A stretch of DNA of 64,000 bases from positions 2,780,201 to 2,844,200 of the forward strand of contig NC_092670.1 of the NCBI RefSeq assembly GCF_964355755.1, in the 5' to 3' direction. The DNA is from Antedon mediterranea. Taxonomy: Eukaryota > Animalia > Echinodermata. The translations under genes were made by a program, and so were the position numbers. Numbering within the stretch: the stretch's first letter is position 1; every line of letters begins with the position of its first letter. The notes beneath the pieces were generated by a model. The model saw only the letters and a program-made list of their open reading frames with translations. It was not told the DNA's origin and did not search any database. Below are positions 11,871 to 26,800 of the stretch, in pieces.

Positions 11871-14800
11871 TCAGACACTGTTAACAATCCGTGTTGATAA
11901 TTCTACAAGAAAGTAAATACAAATTGCTATGTTTTTGGTTTTATATATATAAAGTTATATAAATTTGAAAAATATAAGAAATAAAAAAAAGTTTTTATCA
12001 AAATACCATAACAATTTTTTAATTCAATAATTTAATTTCGCCATGATATTCATTGCTGGCCTAGGTACTTTCACTTGTGCGCTCGCATCGTGCGGTTTAT
12101 AGCGTAAGCCTTCCTGGAGGAGGCGTAGAATGTAAGACCACAGCGTTGATAGTCTTAGGCTTAGAATTAAACGCAACTGATTCGCAACAAGTTTATTGTT
12201 AAATTTTTACTCATGTTTTATGGCGTTCTCTTTCTGTTTTATAATTTGTTACCTTTTGTATTGTTACATATTTTTATATATCTGTAAAACGAGCAATGAA
12301 TTTCGGAAAGGATTAGTAAAAGATTTGAATTTTTATTAAGCCAGTGGTTTCATCTTGGGCTTAAGTCTAGGCTTACGACCTTTATTACAATCTGCCTCTC
12401 ATATTTTCACCCATGAGTTAGATGTATATATACCATACTGTAAATAGAAAATGCCTCAATACAATCGAATAACTGTAACTCACAATTAATAAATATTAAT
12501 GTGAACTAGGAATTACAATTCTGCAATAAAAGTCTAAATAAGTAGAATATTATGACCCCCAACTCTATTGAAATAAAACATACTTTCTGCATTGCTTTAT
12601 GGTCCAGCTTCACTTCTTGATCATTTACCTATAAAAAAAAAGGATTTTATATATATCCATGTTGATGAATGCTATTACTATATAACATTGTGTGTTAATA
12701 AATATGTTGAAATATTAACCCGAGTCTTGATTTTTCATCAACATTATTTAAACGTCTAAGAGACATTTTAAATATAAACATAAAATATTAAGTACCACAT
12801 CAGAACATAAATCTTAACTGCACCTTATTAAACTTTATTTATATAGCAGTTTAATAAGTTATAAACATATTTGACTACTATACAGTAAATGCTATAAAAG
12901 TATAGATTAGGTTAAAAAATATCAAAATCAATCAATCAATATTTATACCGTTTAAAGACGAAAACATTATAGGCCAATATAGTATTTATTTTTACATTAC
13001 ATTCAGTTTGTGACCTTATTAGATCGAAAAAACGTATACAAATGCTATTAAATAAGTACAATACTCAAAGTGAATTTGTAACACAATGTTGACTTACAGA
13101 TTGCAATAACAGAAAAATCACTTTTTGAAAAAAAATGTAAAAACATACTTTCTGTATTGCTTGATGGTCCAGCTTCACTTCTTGATTGTTCAACTATAAA
13201 TAAAGTATTTTAGTACAGTATTACAACATCCATGTTGATGAATATAATATTATAAAGCCTTTTATCAATAATATAATTTGTTTCCCTAAAACCATTCAAC
13301 TACAGACTTATATCATGTTATTTCTGCTGTATTTGTGAATGAGCTAATTATACTGCTTTGGTTTACCTTTTAGTGTTGTCAATGCCTCCACTTCTTTCGT
13401 CATCTTCTCATCTGTAAGCAGTTTAATGAATTTGTCCATCTTCTCTCCTTCTGCAAGTGTGTCTTTCATTTCCAATTTTAAGATTAACCAAAACGGATCC
13501 GTTTTGTTATTGACCTTAATGCCTTTAAGGCGGCCAATTCTTAAAATGTTCTCTGTATGCAATTTCTGACCAAACGCTATCAATTTTCTTCGATACTCTG
13601 AAAAATGTGTGAATGGAACGCATTTAAAGTCTGGTAATTTCACAGTTTTTGCAATGACGTCTTGCACTCCCTGAAGTCCACATATATTAGTAGCTTCAAC
13701 AAGGATACCAATGTCTGCCGCTTTGAGAAGTCCAGGACCCTCAAGTAAACTAATCAGATCATAGGGTGTATTTTCACTCTCTATTTTTTTCAAAGTAATG
13801 GTTGTATCACGATTCGTGAACTCGCTAAGTAACACTCTCAGCATGTGAATGTTTCCATTTTCCTTCCACCAGTCTGATACCTCTACGAGCAGTTTATTGT
13901 AATCGTCTTCATTCCAATCTAATAATAGTAATAATATGATTCATTAATAATAATATCATTACGTGTTAAAGAGTCAAAACTGTACCATATAAATAATATG
14001 TGGTAAAATAATGTATTGATTTTATATTTATTCTGACATTGTATTTAAGGCACTTAATTCCTGCTCCTGTCCATCAGTCACATTCAATTTACCAGGGACA
14101 AAAAGTAGTGAGCCCTCTATTGGCTGCGAATCGTTTTCTATCTATCAAGACAGCATGAACAAATTGTAATTTTGCAAACTGGCCAATTGGAACTTTTGGT
14201 TTTATTTACTAATGAATAATTCATGAAAACATTTGACACGGCATCTACGAACCACGTGATATTGTTTTTTAATCAACAAAGCCATTATATTTGTGTCAAA
14301 CAAGGGTGAATGACACCGATGTTTAAAAAAAAATGTTAGGCTATTCATCATGGAGGTATTATACCTCCATGGGCTATTCGAATGTTAAAATTTCGTCTAA
14401 TTTGTTGAGGCTGTAATAAAACAATGCAATTTTTGAGAAGGTGGGTTTTATAGTTTCTGGATATTTGATTTTTCAATAGTAGTTAATAAAAAAATCTTGT
14501 TTGGTGTAGTATTTTTTTTAATAGCTGCTTAAACATGTGCCTGTCACGATAAATATGGTCCGGGGCCAAAATCGGTCCGGCCGGACCAGTTTTGGCTCTA
14601 AAATTGTGGCCAAAAGCAGTCCGCCACTGCCAAAATCGGTCCGGGCTTTTCTTCTGTCGATTTTAATTGAATTACTAGGCCTATGATGCTGTTTTAAGTT
14701 GTTTATGGCTAGAAAAATATCCCATGATATATATTAGTAAGTTATCTTGTCGGATAAATACTATATAAATAAATGTATTTTTTCTAGAAACATGACTTAG

Positions 14801-17800
14801 GTGTTAACTCATATTTCGGCCTGCCACACACTCACATGAACGGGTATGAGACGCTGATATTGCCAGCTAGATTTTATTTATGATTGAGGCCTTTTTCCTT
14901 CCTCAACCTAATCAATATTGGATAATTGTTTTATAATAATTTTATTGAATTTATTGATTGATTAACCATAAATAATTAATAAATTAAATTGTTTTTAACA
15001 TCATGGGGAAACGAAGATGTTAAAAAAGAACAAAATGGATTGAAAACAGGCAGAGATACATATTGTATACAAAAAGCCTAACAATTAGTACTAATTATTG
15101 ATGAGTTACTACTAATAATGATAATTAAAAAAACAGGCTTAATTTATAATATTAAAATAGCAAATAAAACCCCGTAGTTTTCAATATAATGACTTTTTTT
15201 AATGATATATACATTATGACTCATTTTGCGCACCATATATTTGTAAGACCGGACCATATTTGGCGGCCAAAAACAGTCCTATTGCCCGGACCGATTTTAT
15301 CCAGGCCGGACCAGTTTTGGCGGCCAAAATTGGTCCGGCCGGACAGGTTTTGGCAGCCATAAATGGTCCCCCGGACTGATTTTGGCAGCCAAAACTGGTC
15401 CGCCGGACCGATTTTGGCCCGGACTGATTTTGGTTTGACATGCCTTCTTGGGTATTGTACTGTTGAAAATGGAACACATAAAATCATTTTTACGCCATAA
15501 GATTAAAAATGTTGCTTTTTAAAATAATAAGAGCAATATATATATAGGGAAACTGTTTTTAATCATAAAACTTTACAAAGCCTCTTTGTTTTATTTATAA
15601 ATAAACAGATCAGTTAGGAGACCCAGGCTAATAGTGGGGTAGTGCGTGCAATGTTGGCGCGTGTTCATTGTTGGGCGCGCGTTATTTATATAGGCCTAAG
15701 AAAATAACAATAAATGATTACAAATATAACTAAATAATGATTATTATTAATTTAATGTTGTTTTGTTTTTTACAGACCACAGAAGGTTGTTCTTATAAGC
15801 TTTCTGCATTCTTCAATACAATAGCATTAAATCAACAACAATTTCTCCTATTAATTTACCGGCATATGTGAAACAACACTATTAATAATACAGTAATAGA
15901 GAGAAATGGCGAACCGCGATGACGTCACTCAAATTTCACTGAGTGGGTATAGATTGTAAACAAACCATTTCGCCACATGTTTTTGTATGGGAAATTCCGA
16001 TGGGTTGAGTTAAAAAAGTAGTTAGAAAAGAACGTTTAAAACACACATAATAGCAGTATCTTTTTTTTTTTGGCAACCCCTTAACAATTTTAATGTTATA
16101 TGGGCAAATCTTAACATATTTTATTTTAATTTGGATTGAATTAAGACGCGTTTTTGTTATATACTGTACCCAGCTCTAGGCCCTAGTTGGCCTGTATATG
16201 CTGTAGTACCTCGACGAGTACTCGAGCCTAGCACGGATTATCGGTTATTATAATAATAATAATAATAATAATCATAATAATAATAATATTGGAAATTCGT
16301 TATTGCATACTGTACTACTACTATACTAATTTAGCTAGGGTGCTGCAAGCCTCTCCTAGCTAGGTAGTAAGACTAAATAGAGCATCTCTAGTAGATGTAG
16401 GCCTAGCATTAGTTTCAGCTTGACAACTGCCATTTTGTTATGTGGCTAGTGATCGCTTCCTTCCTGCAGGGGGCTATCGCCAGTAATGAATACTTGATAA
16501 CACCATTCTACTATAATACTATAGGCCTAGTCTAATGTAGACCTACAGATATGAGATATTTTTAGGAATATGATTGTGAATGATGGATGACTTTTATACA
16601 TAACAAGAATTATGAGCGTTAACAGCAACAACATAATAATTGGTTAGACGACGCCATGATTCACGTGTATAAACATAGGAAATGTGCCGCCCTCAAAGGT
16701 TTGTTATGATTTTATACCCACTCGGATTTTAGACGCCGGTTCGCCATTTCTCTCTATTATGGATATCTATTTTTATTGCCAAAGGACATTTAATTTTTTA
16801 AATCTTTAACTTATCCTAATTTACTTATTTAAAGATTCAAGCGGAGGTTGGTTGTTGTGCGGTACAGTGAAATTTCATTTGGGCTCTGATAAAAAGTAAT
16901 AATTTACAGCATATACTTAAATCAATCATACTTTAGTGACAGGTGACATTAGCATGTAGTTATTAGGAAATTACTAGTAAGTCCCCACTTCACCCAATTC
17001 TTAATAATTTTAAGAAAAATAATAAATAATTTGTTTCACAATTTATAAGCCCTGTGTCCCCATATATTAGATTAGATTATAAATCAGCCACTTAACAAGA
17101 ATTACAATCGAGGGGCCAATGATTCTTTTCGTCTAAGGAAACAATTATTCCAGCTCTGCCGCGTCTTCATAGGCCTACACGCACCATGCTTTCGCTAAAA
17201 ACAAACCTATATTCCTTATAGAATTTATTTGAAAAATAACACCAAGCTTATATTTATGTTTATCTTAGAATTCGAATAAATGAATCCACAACTAAAATTG
17301 GTACTGTTGTGGTTTTAATATATGAATGTTCCTAATAAACCGAAATCAATCAAACAACAATATAATTTAATATAAACGAGTTAAAACGGAAATTTAGACA
17401 GCCTATAAAACATGGAACTCGCGCTGTCGTGACGTCATTGTATGGCCACACGAATGTAAAATATGGGATTTGTATCTCTATCGTTATTGCTCATCACATT
17501 CAATAGAGCGCATCTCGCTTATCCGTATTGCATTTCCCCCGATATTTTAATACTGTCTAGGTCAATCAACTATTTTTCGCATGAGTTAAAAATATTTTTA
17601 TTTTTATGACGTCATCATGCCTAAAAATTTAAATTACGTGGGTCATTAATTTCATCTTTACAGTATTTTTTAATCTGTTATAGCTCGTAAGAATAAAATG
17701 TGATAATCACGATTAAAACGTTTTCTGGAAGCTATTGGATTGCAGATATGAAATCATGTGAACATTTTGCCAATCGGATGTTGTGATGTCATCATATGGC

Positions 17801-20800
17801 CAGTTAAATAAAAAAAGTTGTATTTTCATCTTTTGCGTCATAATTCATTACATTAAAAAGAGCGCGCATCTATATATTACGTATTCAAATTTCTTCTACA
17901 CGTTAATATGTTGTTGCTGAGATAATTTCCTTCCGAAATTGCTATCTTAGTGTTTCATTTTGATACCTTCGCAATGTTAAAAATTGGAATAAATGGCGGG
18001 TCCCGTAATTTCACCTATTCTACACTGTATGTAATATGTATACACATTATACTAGCTCTGTATACTACTGTATATGACACATAGACAGAATTCAGCACTA
18101 ACAACATGTCATATTCTTCATTTCAGGTCATAATGCCATAATCTTTATCTGTGTGCAATATTCCAACATATGACGTGCATGAGGCGTTTGTCGTGCGGAT
18201 AACCTAGTTAAATATTATATTGCTATACTAAGAATGACTGGTTCTGGTTTTAGATATAGCAACAATAACATAATGTTAATAATAAATGTTAATATATAAG
18301 AAATAGTTCATTATTATAAGAAATAGTTCATTATTTAAAACCACATGATCTAATTATATGTATGCATTTTAGAAGGATCAAAAATATTATTTAAGTCTAT
18401 CCTACTGTACCTGATAATAAAGGACATGCATAGTCTGTTCTATCCATTTGTGGCGGTTGTCGTGGTAGATTTGAAGATGTAGATGGCGCATCTAAAATTA
18501 CAAAATATATTAATACTCTAATTTATTTATTTGTTGACCATTCATCTTTGAAAAGGTTGCACTCACAAAATGCGGTGAGGTCCAGTAAATAAAAACCAGA
18601 ACATTTTGAAAAAAAAAAATTATTCATTAACCAATTTCATGTTCGCCTTGTTGTGTTCATGACAATAAAGATTCCTCTTATCTTATCTTATTAAAAATAA
18701 CGAAGTTGAAATATATCCATGCAACAATACAAGCAATCATCTTTTATCTAATTTTGGTAATTGTTAATAATACTGTACAGTGGAACTTCCTGTAGTGTAG
18801 ACACCTCTTATAACAGCATAGGTGGATCCATAGGTGGATCCAGGTGAGGGAGAGGACAGTGGAGTTAGAGCCATTAATGTATTAAAATTGTCCACCAATG
18901 TAAATATTTATTTTGTTCGATCTTGGAATAAAACTGTCAATGTTTTAGGCCATTTTAAACATTTCATAACTTGCCACAGACACACAGATTTTTGTGAATC
19001 AATTTGTATACTGTATTGGTTGAAATAACAAATTATTTTATTTTGATTATGTGTTTGTGGATAACTTTGATATTAAGGTCTGCGAAAAAAATAGTATATG
19101 TCATCATTGCCTCTTTACGTATAATGTTATGGATAATTTAAAACATACTTTCTGAAAGGCTTGGTGGTCTACCCGTTATGCTTGATTGGGTCTCTGTAAA
19201 ACCAAATTGTATACACAGTAGTTCACACTTTTGAAGCTAAACCAGTTTCTCAATTACCATTCATTACAAAAAGTAGTACTAATATAGAATTTGATGTGCA
19301 TAAGAAAAAGAATTTCTTTATTGCAATTTTGAAATTTGTTTAATCTGGATAGAATCCAAACTATTAAAAGAACTATTAGAATTATTAGTGTTAATTGGAG
19401 ATTAAGGAATGGTATGCTGGAAATGATTATTATTTTATCTGTATGTAATACAGTTTTATATTATAATAGTAAAGTCATTTGTGTAGGCTCTGAAAATTCT
19501 TAGTAGAGTAGAGTTACATTTGAGGGTACCACTGTACTGATGCTTAAAATAACTAAATTATAACATACCCAAGCCTTGATTTGGTATTCCAAGTCTCCCT
19601 GCGAAAGTAAACAACAAGACTCTTTAGCTTTGATTGAACGGTCTTTGTTTGCTGTAACCACATTTAATTATTGAAAGTATTTCCAGTTGATCTGTGCTAT
19701 GACAGCAAGATTAAGAATAATTTAATTTGCTAACATATGCTAAGAACTGCTGGCAATCAAACAAAACAATCTTTGTACACTGTATCTCTTCCCATGGCCC
19801 TCAACCGAAAGCTGTAGTTTAATACTTACATTCAAATGGTAACTGGTATATTTGGTATCGTGTTTGTACTGTTAATATCTTTGCCTTAAATACATCTTTT
19901 CGTGGATCCTTTCTTTTTACAGAAAATTTGCTCCACGTTTTTGCTTGCCATATTTCATTAAATCTTACATTCTGTAAACAAATTTACCTCTTTTACAGAA
20001 TTTAAAATGAAAGTAGGATAAAATATTTAAAGAAAGTTTAGAGTTAATGACAATGCCTAAAGTCTATGTAATGCCTAGCTTTCCTGGAAAAACTGTTAAA
20101 TAGCCTATTTTTCTTGAAGAGCGAAAATTCATCAACCACCCTGGCAAGTTCAAATCTGTTTTACTTCTGTTAATATTAAAATTATTATACCTGTGTTGGT
20201 GGGGTTACATCCCATCCTTCATCTTCTTTTTGTACTGTAATGTTCATATCGTTGTGCAATAAATCTATGCATTTTGGCATTTCTATGGCCGTCTCCCCAT
20301 ATTCTTTTTCCTCGCTCAATACCCTCTGAAATATGAATAAAGTATATCAGAAAACATTACATATTCTGTAGTGCATGTGTGCTTCAGCAGTGGATTTTTT
20401 ATTTTATAACACACCTGATTGTATTCTTGCAATTTGATTGATCAATTAGGCATCACGTTTCATTTTGAATTTGCCCTATCTAATGAAAAAGTGATATCTA
20501 CAGTAATGGTGATAATGAACGACTCTAATGCATGTTCAGCTTTGTGTAAACATTAATTGAGATTTTTTGCCATGCAATGTTGACTGATTCAGATCGGAAA
20601 TCAACTTGCTGGGTGTGCCGTCCAAAACTGTTCTACTCCACGTCTAAAGTTGACTGCCTTTTTTAATTTCCCTAGCTTCCCAGCCTAGCATCGTCAATGA
20701 TTTACAATGGATAACTTGAATAAAAGTAGGGGTGTTATAAAACAAATAATGAATGTTTGTATTCGTTGAATGGAGAGAATATTTCATTTGTTGAAAAATT

Positions 20801-23800
20801 GATTTCTCTATTTAACGAGGCATAAACATTAATTATTTGTATAGTATCTTAATTCAAAATTATTATATAGTTATAACATCAACAACATTACCGTTTCTTC
20901 CTCGCTGTCCCAGGTTCTTACTCGAAGTTGTAATTCATTATTCAGCACTTTTCCAAATACACCTAACATTACTCTCTTTTTAGCATAACAAATATTTTTT
21001 ATAACAGCTACAAGAAGATAGTCAGAAAAATGGTTTAAACGTATACAACATTGACCCTTGTGTAAAGAAAAGGTTATGTCAACTTCATTTCTGTCCAGTT
21101 TTATTTTTTGCCATTCTCCTTGACTGGATTTTTTAACAAGTAAAGTGAATTTCCAACACTCTTCATTTACAGCATTATGTGGAAATGACAGCAAGCAGTG
21201 GTTTCTAAACACTGTGCCTGGTGGTCCACATCTAACAGCAGATGAAACTATTGTTTCAAGAGGATTAGATAAAGAAACAGTAGGAAAGGAAATGTTCTCT
21301 AATGAGACTTTAACATTCTTTCCTTCTTCAATTGCTCCAGGATTTATCACCAATTTTATGTCTTTATCCTTAAGATAGAGAGTTCCACCTTCAGAGTTCA
21401 CAATTAACTCCATAATTTGACCTGTGGGATGAAAATGTTTAGCATTATTTTATTACTTTTATTATTGGTTTATTTATTAACAATTATAGTAACTGCCAGA
21501 GAGGTTTACAATGTCACTGGAACGTTGTGCCATAAAAAAAATACCTATTAGTTTAGTTTGTCTTTATGAAGTTAGTTTACCATTTTAATTGACTATTTTT
21601 GTGTAAATGCTATAGCTATACCTGGTTCCGATTTAACATTTTTATGTGTTTCTTGAAACTCTTCAATGCTGATCAATGACTTCTCAGGTGATTTATGGAA
21701 TGAACCTGTTTTATAAAAGAATAATGATAAATAACTGAACAAAATAGTCACTTGATCAGCCAGTATATAGTACAGGATAGATTTGAAGGACAATTTTGAA
21801 GGTGGGTTGGAAAAGAGGCTGATGGCTGGGCTTTCTAGAGCATTAGGCATTTCTCTCCCTTAGCAGAATCAGTCCATTTCAGGTGAAGAATATATATATA
21901 TATATATATTTCGATATACATTTTACTTAAGAATTAAATAACTAAAATTTATGATGATTAAAAAGTATGTTATGCCTATGTTTTCTTTCCTGTGTGTGTG
22001 GTATTTCCATCAAGTGTGTGCCACAATTGTTTTGAGGTAAACAATTGACAACAAAATAGGACATTTTAAGAAAAAAGTAAAACTGAGGCGGTTGAACATG
22101 GCATCTAAATGAAAGACATCTTGTGTTTGTATTGTATAACCTTGACTGGTTGAACATGTACTGTATTCGTAAACACATTTTCTTCCACATGACTCCAGTG
22201 GGATAACCACTACACATACCACTGTACATTTATAAATATTCACACAGAGTAATATCAAAGAAACTAATATGCCTAATTAATGTGTTTATCTTTCCTCTTT
22301 CTCTTCTTTCTTGGCCCTTGTATGTTTTCCCTGTAGTATTTAAAGCTCTCAACTGTGTTTTATCGATATTAAACATTACACATTTTTATGATGGTGGTCC
22401 TGAAATTTGTAATTAGTAATGTATACCTTCATCATCCTTGATCTGAATCATATTAGCAAGGTCTATTTGGCCATGATCATTTAGGGCAATACACAATACA
22501 TCAAGTTGATTCACATCATTACTTATCTTGTTCCTCCAATATATCATCATTTCTTCAGCACCATTAATTAGATTTTTACCAAACTCAACCACCTTTGACC
22601 AGCTAAGACCCAAATTATAACCAAACGGTTGCCAATCAACGATTTCCTCAGACACTTTTCTGATGGTTGGATCATCCGCATATCCTGTGATAAGGAACAA
22701 ATTCAGTGTTTACTTAAGCTATACAAGCTATATTATTAAACTGATAACATTAAAATTTATTATGATCTTTTAATTTTATTATGATGGAAAACCTATTAAA
22801 ACTGCTTACCTTCATTATGATTCTGTGATGGTTGTATAGCTATAAAAAACAAAACAAAAACATACAAATTTCAACAAACTGTGTACATATTTATTTTTAA
22901 TTAGTACTGTATCTCAACTTTAATCAAAACATCCAAATTAAACTGTAATTATCTCTCCTACAAAGTATTTTTTCACCCCTGTTTGTTTGCCTATTTGTGG
23001 ATTTATGTGTGCACAGTATAATAGGCCTCATTTTTATGCAATTCTTGACGGAATTTGAATTTGATGGGGCAGGGTCACATTTTCAACAACAAAAATATTT
23101 TATATAAATTTTTTACCGGTTACAAGCTACACTTTTTATCTGAATCTTGCAAAACAATGATTCAGATAAAGTAGTAGTTCAAATAAATCTTGGTAGAAGT
23201 ACAGTATGCACTCTCATAATGCTTTCTAGTTAAACAAATTATTTTGCATTGTGCCAAAACACTAAAACTATATTAAAAAACTTACTTTCATCTTGTGACT
23301 TTAAAGTTTCTATAAAATAAATATATGTAAATTAATCAATAATTTAATTGTACATTGTTATTATTTTTTGCATTTATATTTGATTATTCTGTAAAACTGT
23401 TGGAAAGTAGCCATTAGAAGTGTTCTCGTTTGTTTAGAGAAGGAAATCACTAAAAAAGTAATTAATATTAAGTCTATTTATTTATACTGTATAATTTATG
23501 TCATGCATTGAAAAGAAATGCATTTACCTTCAGGTAGTACATCTTCCCCAAACAATTTACGGTAAAGTTTAACTTCCATTTTATTGCTTCCACAAGGTAA
23601 CTCATCTTTGTCAAACTTGCGAATAAGATGCATATGAGCATTTTGAATGTTTGGACTAGATGCACAAGGGATGTACATCCTTACTTCAAGACCTCGGGCA
23701 TCCTTCTGACTGAATACTTTCAACTCTTTTTGAAGAAAATGAAGAACCTAAAAAACATATATATAACAATCATAATAATTTTCCTTTACTGTATGTACCC

Positions 23801-26800
23801 CAAGTGTTGAAAGATGAACAAGGTTCTTTAAAGTGCACTGGATCTCCAGTTTTAAACCCTTATTCAAGAAGACTTGTTCTACCACCAGGACTATAGTCAA
23901 GGAGTTCTTTGAATTTGTGTTTATTTTATAGGTCTGATTTAAAGCTCCCCTGCCTCTCAACAATTGAAGTTGTTCCTGTATTATCACTTTCATATCTACT
24001 AGCCTACCTTCTTACATACTTCAGGTAGTGGCTTAATGTTGTCTTCTAGAGAACTATCAGCCTTGATGCTTTTTGTTCTGACTATCGTTGTCTGCAATAT
24101 ACAATAATGAACCTTGTGAATGATAGTCTTGTATTTTTTTTAATAGATTACATGTTATTTCATTTGTCAGAGGTGAACACATTTTACAGATTATAGCAAT
24201 CCATACAATAGACATGCTCTTGATATACAATATTGTACAGATATATTTAAAAGGTTATTATGTGGTGAACTTAACCAAGGCATGGATTAAAGAATAGAAG
24301 GATATGCATCAGTTTGAGATCAAAGCTTCCATGACTCTAACCTACAGAGCGTGGACCGCCCACAATGTATACAAAGTAAACACAGTTTAATTAACCGTCG
24401 TAACAACGAAACAGTCGCGTGCCTAATATATTGTTTACTGCAAATGCTCAACAACCTTTAACCTTGTTGGCTATGCTTTCGCGCTCTTGCCTTGGTGGCG
24501 TGATTATTTTATATTTTTAGCGCTAGCTGCTATGGTGACGAAACAAACTTTATGCGAACAATATGATATATAATTCAAATATAAAAATTGCATATTTTAT
24601 TAATATTACCAACTACTTAAAATTACCAGTCGTAAGAAAGTGAACTTTTCGTAGTCCGATTGTGATGAAAACTGAAACAGAATTGTTCAGCAGTATATTG
24701 TTGTTGTCAATTAATCATCGATGCATGTCAATAGAACATTTGGACTGCGCATACGATTTCTACATGGCTACGTTTTATTCTCAAAAAATGTAACAATTGA
24801 TTCGCAGCGTGCTACAGAGGGCCGCAGTTAGAGACACGGAGTTCAATGAGCGTGTTTGTTTGATTGGCAGCATTGCTTTAGTATATATTGCAAGCACGTT
24901 GGAAAATCGTATGATATCACCGATGCATATCCGTCTATTCTTTAATCCATGGTCAAGGCAAACCTTTAGATAATTTTACCTTTCATAAATTGTGTTTTTA
25001 ATGTAGAAAATATGTGATTAAAATTGTTTTAATGAAAGTTATTGGTTATTTTTGGTGTAGAATACTTTGTAGATTATAGGCATTAAAATTTAAAAACTGA
25101 TGACATGGCACTGGGTCTTTTATTTATTGATTTTTCTACTATATATATTAAATACTGTACCAATTTTTAAAATGTACCTGTAACATACGGCAATGCTTAA
25201 TGGTAGCCACATATAGAATGACTAAATGTTCAGCATCAATATTCAATTCTACATGCTCATACGATAGGCGAGGTTCAAAATCTTCCATTTGGAATTTCTC
25301 AATGAATTTGGTTGCAGCACGTTGAAAGAGATCATCTGGAAGATAGCTACCAAAATCATGAAAGAGTGAAATTGCATACTTGTCTTCAAATTGGGGCACT
25401 GGTAAGGCTTCTGGTTTAAGACGTGAGAGAACGTAGAAAATTTGTTCGTCATTCTATAAAATGAAAAGGAATATGTCTAATAGATGGATAGTTTTGTAAA
25501 GAAGATTAATTTAATAGTTGAAGGCATTCCTGGTTTCAATATCAATACCTTTTTACTAGCACACATTAAACCAAACTTTTCCATTAGAGACACAAAGAAG
25601 TCAAAACTCTCAGAATCACAGAACTCTTTCCACAGATATTTTAACAAACCAACTTCTAAAATGCCAGTGTCCAGTCTTTGCCAAGCTTTCCACATTACTG
25701 GCTCCTATTAAAAAATAAATAAAATTCTGTGTAGTTTTCAATTAGTCAAATTATTTAGGAATATTTAATAAGGACATTAGTAAGAAGATTTTTTAGTAAC
25801 TCTGAATATAATTAGGATATTGAGAATATTGTTTCTTGTATACCTGTATATTTATTTGTACAGTTAAATACAGTATAACAAATTTCACAAAATTGTTATT
25901 GTAATGATTGTACACTGTACCTGTTGTTACTGAAGTAAAAATTTTTTTGAAATAAAAATCTTACTTTTTGCTTTTTAGCATGATGCATACTGAATTTATA
26001 TATTAGATACTAGAATAAGAATACAGATTGGAGAGAGCAGTGTCAAAATATTTATTTGCTAACCATATTTTCAGGCTCTTTAACAGTAATGAATGTTTTT
26101 GACATGTCAACTAGTTTCATCAAATCTATAACTATTATATCTCTTAGTGCCTCATCATCTGGGTAGTAGAGAATCTCGCCAATGTCATGTAAATACTCAA
26201 GCAGGAATCGCTGATTTTCTGTAACTTCACAGTCTTTTAGTAAAATGTGTACCTGTAAGAAAATAGGTTCATAATAAAAATTTACAATCTGAAATAACTC
26301 TAATTACTTTATTTTCATCATTTTTGTAATTAATTTATGAATTGCATTTCACTAAATGTTCATGAAATTTAGATGCAAGTGTCATGATTTATCTATTATA
26401 AAGCACTTTATAAATTTATAATATCATCAGTACAATGGAGATGCAACAGTACAGTCAAGTCTTTCCAAATACAGATCAAAATGGTAATAAATTTTTTTTA
26501 AAGCAAGTAATATTAATTCTTTATAAAATACTTCGTTTTCCATATTGCATTGATCATTTATAAAAATAATATTTGAATTTACAGAAGCGTGTTTTGCTTT
26601 TCAGTGTGTACCAATTTCTATGTTATTATTACATCAGCATATTTTTAAAACGATTATTTTCATGCTTGTATTTAACCTTAGAAGTTGATAAATAGATGTG
26701 CTCTTTTTTGAAGCTTTGGATTTCCTGCTGTCCTCGCAGCCATTTTATTGGTAAAGTGCGAATCATTTTTTTGGAAAAGTCCAGTATATGTTTCATGATG

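Noticed and set aside
15214-15487. Three overlapping short ORFs
   Set aside because: GC-rich MITE subrepeats lacking stops.
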